Shown in pieces: positions 23,889 through 34,600 of a stretch of DNA of 64,000 nucleotides (positions within the stretch are counted from its first letter, which is position 1; the number at the start of each line of letters is the position of its first letter). The DNA is taken from assembly GCA_002269645.1 (NCBI GenBank), contig NIVC01002063.1, forward strand, positions 124,001-188,000, read 5' to 3'. The position numbers were made by a program, and so were the translations under genes. This stretch comes from Macrostomum lignano (Eukaryota). Under the pieces are notes generated by a model. The model searched no databases. It was given only the letters and a program-made list of their open reading frames with translations, and was not told the DNA's origin.

Positions 23889-26800
23889 ATGGTGTCTGGA
23901 ATCCGCGGCAATGTTGGCCGATCAGAAAGCATGCGAACTGGCGCTGTAAGTAGTAAATTTCGGACTGATAGTTTCAAATTAATTAAAGTTTTTTAGCCAC
24001 AGTTGCTACTTAGTTAGTAGGCGCTTAAGAAAGTTGCATGACATAGTTCTTACTAAGCCGACGTGTAACCCTTGGTCTTGTCTGTCTATGAGTTGTCACG
24101 CTGTCGGAGCGTGTCTAGTGGGGTTGGCAGTTAAGTAAATAAGTGCACACTCGCTGTGTTGGGGCGGTGTCTGTTCTCATGAATGGCTTGGTGGGTGTGC
24201 TATGGGGGGCTACAGAGGGAATTCCCTCGGTTCTTAAGCGAAATTTGCTAGGCTGTATTTTTTCTTTCTGTTCATTCACGCGCTCAGTGCGTGCTGCGCT
24301 TGGTTACAATAGAATATCTGGTTTAATCCAGTTGGCTTAAAGCTAACCCACACTTTTCCCGCGCTTTTTTGCTAGCACTAAAGCCTGTGACACTTTTAAG
24401 GCTGATGAGATTTTTGTGGCTATTTTAACAACAGACATTGAAATTGAATGACCAGACAGTTTTATTGAATGACCAGACATAGGGATTGAATGAGCAGAAA
24501 TAGGGATTGAATGAGCAGAAATAGGGATTGAAATGAGCAGAAATAGGGATTCTATGAGCAGAAATAGGGATTGAATGAGCAGAAATAGGGATTGAATGAG
24601 CAGAAATAGGGATTGAATGAGCAGAAATAGGGATTCTATGAGCAGAAATAGGGATTGAATGAGCAGAAATAGGGATTGAATGAGCAGAAATAGGGATTGA
24701 ATGAGCAGAAATAGGGATTGAATGAGCAGAAATAGGGATTGAATGAGCAGAAATAGGGATTGAATGAGCAGAAATAGGGATTGAATGAGCAGAAATAGGG
24801 ATTGAATGAGCAGACAACTGGCAATATTTTTAGTCGGTGGATTCTCACGACTCGGTCGGTGGCGGCTCGACTGGCAACGGAGGCAGCGGCGGCCCCGGCT
24901 CCAATGTGCGGCTGGGATTTGCTAATCTGCCCGATCAGATGCATCGCAAAGCGGTTAAGAAAGGCTTCAATTTCACTCTGATGGTGGTTGGCGAGAGCGG
25001 CTTGGGCAAGAGCACCCTGATTAGCAGCCTGTTCCAGCAGGACCTGTACAAGGACCGCGAGCTGGGCAGCGCCACAGAGAGAGTGAACAAGACTACTGAG
25101 ATTGATAAGCGCCAAATTGAACTGGATGAGAAAGGCGTTAAACTGAGATTAACAGTTGTGGATACTCCCGGCTTTAATGACGCCATCAACTGTCAAGACT
25201 GCTGGCGTCCAATCGAAGACTATATTGACAATACGTTTGAGCAATATTTTAAAGACGAATGCGGACTTAATCGGAAGAATATCGTCGATCATCGGGTACA
25301 TTGTTGTCTGTATTTTGTTAGCCCCTGCGGCCACGGCCTCCGGCCTATCGATGTTGAACTCATGCGCCGTTTGCACTCCAAGGTTTGCGCTGGTTTGTTA
25401 TGAATGTCTGACCTTCTTTACCCTCTCGACATCTATTCTGACCTTCTTTACCCTCTCAACATCTATTCTGACCCTATTTACCCTCTCGAAATCTATTCTG
25501 ACCCTCTTTACCCTCTCGACATCTATTCTGACCCTCTTTACCCTCTCGACATCTATTCTGACCCTATTTACCCTCTCGAAATCTATTCTGACCCTCTTTA
25601 CCCTCTCGACATCTATTCTGACCCTCTTTACCCTCTCAACATCTATTCTGACCCTCTTTACCCTCTCGACATCTATTCTGACCCTCTTTACCCTCTCGAC
25701 ATCTATTCTGACCTTCTTTACCCTCTCGACATCTATTCTGACCCTCTTTACCCTCTCAACATCTATTCTGACCCTCTTTACCCTCTCGACATCTATTCTG
25801 ACCCTCTTTACCCTCTCAACATCTATTCTGACCCTCTTTACCCTCTCGACATCTATTCTGACCCTCTTTACCCTCTCAACATCTATTCTGACCCTCTTTA
25901 CCCTCTCGACATCTATTCTGACCCTCTTTACCCTCTCAACATCTATTCTGACCCTATTTACCCTCTCGACATCTATTCTGACCCTCTTTACCCTCTCGAC
26001 ATCTATTCTGACCTTCTTAACCCTCTCAACATCTATTCTGACCCTCTTTACCCTCTCGACATCTATTCTGACCCTCTTTACCCTCTCGACATCTATTCTG
26101 ACCTTCTTAACCCTCTCAACATCTATTCTGACCCTATTTACCCTCTCAACATCTATTCTGACCCTCTTTACCCTCTCGACATCTATTCTGACCTTCTTAA
26201 CCCTCTCAACATCTATTCTGACCCTCTTTACCCTCTCAACATCTATTCTGACCCTCTTTACCCTCTCGACATCTATTCTGACCCTCTTTACCCTCTCAAC
26301 ATCTATTCTGACCCTCTTTACCCTCTCAACATCTATTCTGACCCTCTTTACCCTCTCAACATCTATTCTGACCCTACATTTACCCTCTCGACATCTATTC
26401 CGACCCTCCATTTACCCTCTCAACATCTATTCCGACCCTCCATTTACCCTCTCGACATCTTTTCTAACATTCTGTTTACCTCTCTACCTTCTCGACATCT
26501 CACTATAATTTCGCCATCCCCTCGATCAAATTGATCACAAGCAATCTCTTTTATCTCTCTTATCCCAATCCCACTAATCCCATCCTCCCAGGTGAACATA
26601 GTTCCAATCATAGCCAAGGCCGACACCCTGACCCAAGCCGAGCTGCGCGATTTAAAAGAGCGCGTGCTGGCCGACTTGGATCGGCACAAAATCCAGACCT
26701 ACCGAATGCCCGACACCGACTCTGACGACGACGAAGAGACCCGACGTCAGGAGTCCGACATCCGGGCGTGCATTCCGTTCGCCGTGATTGGCAGCAACTG

Positions 26801-29302
26801 CGTGGTGGAGTCCGCGGATACTGGCCGGCGGACTCGGGGCAGGCAGTATCCTTGGGGCGTTGTGGAGGTGAGCGTGGGTCAGGATTGTCAGTTTTGGGTC
26901 ATTATTGTCAGTTTTGGGTCAGAATTGTGAGTTTTGGGTCAGGACTGTCAGTTTTGGGTCATTATTGTCAGTTTTGGGTCAGAATTGTGAGTTTTGGGTC
27001 AGGACTGTCAGTTTTGGGTCATTATTGTCAGTTTTGGGTCAGGACTGTCAGTTTTGGGTCAGGATTGTCAGTTCTGGGTCAGGACTGTCAGTTTTGGGTC
27101 AGAATTGTCAGTTTTGGGTCAGGACTGTCAGTTTTGGGTCAGGATTGTCAGTTCTGGGTCAGGACTGTCAGTTTTGGGTCAGGATTGTCAGTTTTGGGTC
27201 AGGACTGTCAGTTTTGGGTCAGGATTGTCAGCATCTAATCACATTTCATTTCAGGTTGAAAATCCTAAGCATTGCGATTTCGCTAAACTGCGAATCTTCC
27301 TACTCGGCACTCACATGCAAGACCTCAAGGACATCACCAAGGAGGTGCACTACGAGAACTACAGGGCCAAGTACATCACGGAGCGAATGTCGAAACGAAA
27401 GGGGGCGGTTCGAGACGACTTCGAGACTAGAAAGTGAGATTAATTCTATTTCACGCTTACCCTTCTCTACCCTCTCATTACCCTCTTTCTCTCTCCTTAC
27501 CCTCTCCTTGCCCTCTCTTCCCTCCCTTAACATTTCCTCTCCTTACCTCTCGTTACCATCTTTACCCTCTCCTCACCCTGTTTACCCTTTTCTTACTTTC
27601 TTTCCATTTTCGTCTGTATAAATGGGATACTTAAAATTAAGCTACATTCATTTTCAACAGCATTCTAGCCATGAAATAAATGCTATCGTTTTCATTGCAG
27701 AAGCAAGAACATAACCGAAGCCAATTTTGAAGCAATTGTGGACACCGAAGGTCTTCTAAAAGAAAAAGAAGACGAGGTTTGTAAATGATATTTTTTCACT
27801 TGAAAATTAAGTTCATGCATTGTCCTTTTGTTTAGCTGCATAAATGAATAGCAGTTAGCATTCATAAAAGCACGCTATTAGCGCGTGACAGACTGTGGCC
27901 CTGGCATTCCTGGGGAACCCTTTTTATATTCTAAAAATAGTACAAAACGTTTTGCGTGCGTGCGCGCCTCACGCGATCTTTCTAGGTGTAGTAGTACGTT
28001 TTTGACAGATTTTGCGAGTACTGGTTGTAGAGTACAAATTTTTTTGAACAAGTCCTAAAGTATATAGTTAAAGCGCTATTAAGGTGTTCTGCCCCGCTAA
28101 AGTATTTATGAAGTCTAGGAGTATGACGTATAAGCTTCGTCTGTAGTTGTTTCTTTTTATATTGAAACTACCGAAAATATAGAGCTGGTTTTCTAGAACT
28201 CTTGTAACTCTTTGAGGACTGCAATTAGGGGCTGAAGGGACGGGAATTAGGGGATAAAAGTTGAGAGAAATTAGGAGATAAAAGGAGATAATTTAGGGGA
28301 TAAGAAGGAGAGGAATTAGGGGATGAAAGGAGATGAATTAGGGGATGAAAGGAGACGAATTAGGGGATGAAAGGAGACGAATTAGGGGATGAAAGAGATG
28401 AATTAGGGGATGAAAGGAGATGAATTAGGGGATGGCGGAAGGGGAATTAAGGGATAAAAGGAGAGGAATTAGGGAATGAAGGGAGAGGAATGAAGAATGA
28501 AGGGAGGGGAATTTCGGAATGATGGGAGAGGAATTAGAGAATGAAGCAATAGGAATTAGGGGATAAGAGGAGCGGAATTAGGGGATAAGAGGAGCGGAAT
28601 TAGGGGATAAGAGGAGCGGAATTAGGGGATGAAAGGAGACGAATTAGGGGATGAAAGAGATGAATTAGGGGATAATAGGAGCGGAATTAGGGGATGAAAG
28701 AAGGGGAATTAGGGGATGAAGGGAGAGCTGCAATGAAGGATTTATAGATTAAGTTTAATAAGAACTCCAAAGAAACTTATAAATCAAATTTCCCCAGCCA
28801 TTCAATGCACAATATCGGTTTTGTGAAAAAAAATTTCGCGTTTATTCGGTCGTACTTTTCTACCCCCCCCCCCTGGCTGCTTCCATAGTTTCACAGCGCC
28901 CTCTCTTATCTGCATGTCTGTTTGGGTTTTTTACCCTTGTAAACTTGGATCTATTCAGATTTGCTGAAAAGTTGCCTACAGCGAGCGGGGTGTTAATTTC
29001 CTTCATGCTACTGGTTAGGCTTGTGGTTTTTTTGTGGGATTTCTGCGGGTATTTTCTATTAAAAATATTTTCCTTCTTACAATTTTTGCCTACAGATACG
29101 TCGAATGCAGCAAATGTTGCAGCAATTTCAGCAGCAACAGCACTCTTCTGCTTCTGCTGCTGCTACTGTTCCAACATCCGTGTCTGCTGCTTCTGCAGCC
29201 GGGGATGCATCGGGTCACACTGCAGCTGCTGCCGTTGCTGCTTCTAATAGCGGCTCTGCTTCCGCGGCCGGAGTTCCCGCAGCCTCCGCCAACGGTCAAT
29301 AA
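23889..29302 (+). CDS. Septin, SEPT2 group (SEPT1/2/4/5-like), 447 aa. Exons: 23889-23945, 24834-25382, 26592-26867, 27255-27433, 27701-27776, 29096-29302
   Basis: [35 protein letters not shown] (P-loop), [69 protein letters not shown] and [13 protein letters not shown]. All six exons join in phase (0, 0, 0, 2, 0). The first exon rests on splice signals and phase only. Confidence 0.95.
24470..24813 (+). repeat. 21-nt minisatellite (GAAATAGGGATTGAATGAGCA) ending about 20 nt before the septin exon 2 acceptor
   Basis: Tandem array. Confidence 0.95.
25404..26500 (+). repeat. 30-nt pyrimidine-rich minisatellite (TCTATTCTGACCCTCTTTACCCTCTCGACA, about 35 copies) in septin intron 2
   Basis: Tandem array; explains the 337-450 aa repeat ORFs. 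Confidence 0.97.
26875..27230 (+). repeat. 20-nt minisatellite (CAGTTTTGGGTCAGGACTGT) filling septin intron 3
   Basis: Tandem array starting a few bases after the donor GTGAGC at 26868. Confidence 0.95.
28230..28730 (+). repeat. Degenerate purine-rich repeat of about 22 nt (GAATTAGGGGATGAAAGGAGAC) in septin intron 5
   Basis: Tandem array. Confidence 0.9.
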
Positions 29303-29499
29303 TGATTGAATAAATTGAATTAAATGAGCTCTTTGCTTCTTTTGGGTTTGTTGAGAGTTTCGTTTGGCTTGCTGCTTGGTTACGAGTATATGCTTTTTAA
29401 ATAGTATCTAGCGTTATATAAGCATAACTCACTGACTCATTTTATGCGCTTCTCTAGTCTTGAAAGGTTTGCATTTACGTTTATTAAATCACCTGTAGG

Positions 29500-29805
29500 C
29501 TGTAGCAATCTCCCAGATCCTCAGTTGCTGGGCCAGCCTCCCAGAGTGTCAGTTGCTGGGTCACCAGCCTCCCAGAGTGTCAGTTGCTGGGTCACCAGCC
29601 TCCCAGAGTGTCAGTTGCTGGGCCAGCCTCCCAGAGTGGCAGTTGCTGGGTCACCAGCCTCCCAGAGTGTCAGTTGCTGGGCCACCAGCCTCCCAGATCC
29701 CCAGTTGCTGGGTCACCAGCCTCCCAGAGTGTCAGTTGCTGGGCCAGCCTCCCAGAGTGGCAGTTGCTGGGTCACCAGCCTCCCAGAGTGGCAGTCGCTG
29801 GGCAG
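29500..29805 (+). repeat. Minisatellite of about 31 nt (CCAGCCTCCCAGAGTGTCAGTTGCTGGGTCA) downstream of the septin stop codon
   Basis: Tandem array. Confidence 0.9.
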
Positions 29806-31634
29806 CCTGTTAAAGTGCTAGAGAAAAGTGCAGCTATCAGTTTATTAAGTATCTTAAGTGAGTAAGCAGCTTTAAGGCATTGAATGCATCTGCTATTTTA
29901 CCGTGTTTTATTGGCCCAATACAAACTAGTACAATTAACTATTTTATTATAAAAGTACATTGCAATAACAGCTTATATTTTTTACTTTCATTTTTCATCT
30001 TGCAATACCAAACAGCAGTAATCAATTTTTCGTTTAACTATTTAATTCATGTGTGCATTAATTGCTTTTCAAACATTATTTTTTGTTTTACTGTTTGCCC
30101 TAATTTTTTTAACTTTATACGCTGTCCAATTATTGTAGGGGATTTTTATTCGTCTCTAAAAGTGCAAGCGTAATTAATGCTCCGTTCTGTTTTGTTTAAA
30201 TGTCTAGTCACGTTGTTTTCTCTCATATTTAATTTGCCTAATCTAATACAATATATAGTATAAGTGTCTTACCTAGTATTGTATTTTTATTGCTTCTTAA
30301 AGTACATCTTGCCCATTGTGCGTCGCTTTTTGTATTTACTAATTCTCTACAGCTGATTAATAGTTTATGCATGAGTAATTGCTTATCAAGCTTACTGTTG
30401 TTACTTTTATTTATAAAATTGCGATTGCGCCACCTTGTACTGTCTGCTTTGCTTGGGTTAAACTGTATGAATAAATAATTGTTGCATCTCAATGATAACT
30501 ATAATAAAATTTGCCCCTATAAGTGTTGTGGTCTTTATTCGCGCGCTAATCTGATTAAATATTGTGCCTAGCATTGCTTATGGACTTTAAATCTTAGAAG
30601 CCCAAGAAAGCGCCTAAATGCGTCGTGTTCTGAAACTTTCTCTTCTTCCTTTTTTGCACTTTGCCCGCTAAGTGCAACCACAGATGGGGTCGCCCCATGT
30701 GAAAATTCTGGACTGGACTTTGCTAGACAGGGCAAGGAAAAATCCATCTTTCCATAGCCTATATACTCTTAAATGGATTAACCTTTTTATTGCAAAACAG
30801 TGTTTTGGCTTTTTAGCGTCTGACCTCGCGTCATGGGACTCATAACAAGGTACAAAAACAAATGGATCATTTTGTTTGTGTTTTCAATAAATAGGTCTTT
30901 GCCGCTCTTAGCCGTTTTGTTTGCGTTTATTTTCCACGGAAAATTCTCTATGGCCTTCGGGTCGGAGGTGAAAAATTCCTTATTGGCGGTAATTAGACAG
31001 AGCAACAGATAGTGAGAGCGATGGTAATTGCCCACTGTGAGTAATAAACCCTGCAGCCTATGATGATGAAATGCTGTGCTGTAGCTATTTATAGTGTTGA
31101 TAGAATCGTGCCCTGTACAAAGGGCACTAATGGGTGTGTTTTATTCCTGCATTGAGAACTGGACTATTCTGGAATTTCCCAGCTAGCGCAAGGCCTGGCT
31201 TGTACATACCCCAACCCCCCTCCCCCCACTTGTCCCCGCGGGCTGGCCTGTACATTAGCCACCAACCCCTCTGTCCCCGCGGGCAATGCGTGATTCCTTA
31301 CCGCGGGGGTCGCGGTCGCTGTTGGCGCCGCTTGGGCTTTATAACACAGAATATAAGTATGATCCAACTGGCCTAGAGGAATTTCCCAGGCGTTGTCATG
31401 ACTGCCAAGGTCGTTTTAATGTGGTATTTCGGGTAAATGGCGGTTTGCCTGCATTGAAATTCCTCCGACCCCACCCCACTCCCGGCTTCGGATGTCTATT
31501 TATTGAGCAGCTCCGGCCCGGGGCCAGAATCGTCTCTTGCTTTCTAAACGATCAGCTTCTGGTCTACGCACTACTAACGTAATCACCGATTTCTTAGCAT
31601 CGAATTCGTAGCTTCCTAAAAATCAGACAGACAC

Positions 31635-34600
31635 ATGGCGCCTACTCCAGTATCAGCCCACGACTTGTCGCAGAAGCACAAACGAGTGGTGAACTTTTCT
31701 GCTGGCCCGTCAAAGCTTCCTGATACGGTGAGTCTTCTTGATAATGACAGTCCCCTCTACAGAAAGTTATGTACGACCTAAAATGAGCATTATAGGTAGG
31801 CTTTACTCGTAACAGTGCCTGTACTGGCTGCACATTTATAATAGCTATTTTTAAACGCGAGACGAGAACGGGTCAATTCAGGTCAATGTTATAACTACTG
31901 TCCTAGTGTCTGTAGGTAGATTAGATTTAGCGGCATAATATTAAGTTACCGGAGCTGTTCATTAATTTAAATCCAAACAAAAAGTAACTTTTTTAAAATG
32001 TCCCATTTGGCGCATATTTGAATTTTTCGATAGGGTTTTATTTTAAATGATTTAGTTTAAAATCACAAGCTTGGCCCTATGAATGAGTGGATTGAGTAAA
32101 AATAACTATTCACTTCCGGATCGGGCAATGCTAGTATGTTTGACGTCATGCACTCAGACTGACTAGTACGAGTATAGTGACTCCGTGAACTTAAATTATC
32201 TGCATCTGACGGTGACGGTCCATGCTTGGGCGCAACCTAGGGATTCACCCGGCCGTTTCTATTGGCAACACACACGCAAGTCGCTATTGGACAGAATAGT
32301 AATCACGTGACTGCTCTCAGCCAATAGCGACTTACATGTGTGTGTTGCCAATAGAAACGGCCGAGTGATTCCCAAGGTTGCGCATGTAATTCTGACCAAC
32401 TCGATATGCAGTTTTCAGTTTTAGATAAGCGTTCTCCCAATTCCCATTTTTGTTAGAAATCGTTTCACATCTCCTGTCACACAAGTTTCACATTTTATCC
32501 GTGACACTGAAAGGTTATTGTTTTTGAAACGAGTTTGACTAATTATTGTGTGCTATTTATAGATCTATGGGGAAACGATTAAATAGGGGGAGCAGGGAAC
32601 GAGATAAAGAGCTGCGAGGCTGGGACTGGGACACTTTGGAGAGAGTCCAGCGAATTTGAGCTAAAGGTGTGAGAGTTCCAGGCTATCAGAGATGAAAGGG
32701 TGAGAATTCCAGAGGAATCAGAGATGAAGGGTTGAGAGAAAGTCCCAGGGGAATCAGGGATGAAGGGATGAGAGTCTTGGAGGAATCAGAGATGAAGGCT
32801 TGAGAGAGAGTCCCAGGGGAATCAGGGATCTGAAGGGATGAATGAATCGGAGTCTTGGATGAATCGGAGATGAAGGGTTGAGAGAGAGTCCCACTGGAAT
32901 CAGGGATGAAGGGATGAGAGTTTTGGGGGAGTCAAAGATGAAGGGTTGAGAGAAAGTCCCAGGGGAATCAGGGATGAAGGAATGAGAGTTTTGGGGGAGT
33001 CAGAGGTGAAGGGTTGAGAGAGAGTACCATTGGAATCAGGGATGAAGGGATGAGAGTTTTGGGGGAGTCAGAGATGAAGGGTTGAGAGAGTCCCATTGGA
33101 ATCAGGGATGAAGGGATGAGACAAAGGGCTTAGTTTCGTTCTATTTGACAAATGCAGCTTGTAATTTGCCATTTAATGCCAGGTTCTTCAACGCGCCCAA
33201 GAGGAAATGCTGAACTTCCGAGAAACCGGCTCTAGCGTGATGGAGCTGTCCCATCGCGGTAAAACGTTTAAATCGGTAATCTCCGAGGCGGAGAAGCTCA
33301 CCAGACAGTTGCTTAATGTGCCGGATAACTTCCGGATTCTGTTTATGCAGGGAGGCGGCTGTGGACAATTCGCTGCTGTGCCATTGAATCTGGCGGGTGA
33401 GCACTGATGGGTTGCTAATCTACTCTCCTCAGTGATCTAATTGTGTGATGGGTTGCTAATCTACTCTCCTCAGTGATCTAATTGTGTGATGGGTTGCTAA
33501 TCTACTCTCCTCAGTGATCTAATTGTGTGATGGGTTGCTAATCTACTCTCCTCAGTGATCTAATTGTGTGATGGGTTGCTAATCTACTCTCCTCAGTGAT
33601 CTAATTGTGTGATGGGTTGCTAATCTACTCTCCTCAGTGATCTAATTGTGTGATGGGTTGCTAATCTACTCTCCTCAGTGATCTAATTGTGTGATGGGTT
33701 GCTAATCTACTCTCCTCAGTGATCTAATTGTGTGATGGGTTGCTAATCTACTCTCCTCAGTGATCTAATTGTGTGATGGGTTGCTAATCTACTCTCCTCA
33801 GTGATCGAATTGTGTGATGGGTTGCTAATCTACTCTCCTCAGTGATCTAATTGTGTAATGGATTGCTAATCTACCCGTTCATCACCGCTGCAGGCAGCCC
33901 GGGAGCCACAGTGGACTACATTGTCACTGGCAGGTGGTCGGAGTCCGCTGCCAAAGAGGCAGAAAAGTACTGCCAGGTGCGCAAAGTGCACGCGCCCAAG
34001 CCGCACGCTTCTGATTCGTCTGACAGCGAGGACAGCGAAGAGGAATGGTGGTCAGAGCTGTCTGAGAACGCCGCCTACGTGTACATGTGCGACAACGAGA
34101 CCGTTGACGGAGTCGAGTTTAAGTGTCCGCCAAGGACTCCGCCAGGTGTACCCCTGGTAGCCGACATGTCGTCGAATATGATGAGCCGTCCGATTGACTT
34201 CAGCAAATACGGGCTGGTGTTCGCTGGTGCTCAGAAGAACCTTGGACCTGCCGGTGTCACCGTGGTTATTGTCCGCGAGGACCTTATGGACGGCCGGGCC
34301 TTGCCGTTCTGTCCCAGTGTGCTCAGCTACCATGTGAGTGGATTGCTAATCTAGCCAGTGTGTTCAATGAGAGATGATGGTGGATTGCTAATCTAGCCAG
34401 TGTGCTCAATGAGATGATGATGGATTGCTAATCTAGCTAGTGTGCTCAATGAGAGATGATGGTGGATTGCTAATCTAGCCAGTGTGCTCAATGAGATGAT
34501 GATGGATTGCTAATCTAGCCAGTGTGCTCAATGAGAGATGATGGTGGATTGCTAATCTAGCCAGTGTGCTCAATGAGATGATGATGGATTGCTAATCTAG

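Noticed and set aside
25156-26534. Long ORFs of 337-450 aa on both strands ([30 protein letters not shown] repeats)
   Set aside because: They arise from a stop-free 30-nt intronic minisatellite between two phase-matched septin exons
31286-31582. 98-aa plus-strand ORF upstream of PSAT
   Set aside because: No recognisable motif or splice linkage; more likely promoter or 5' region
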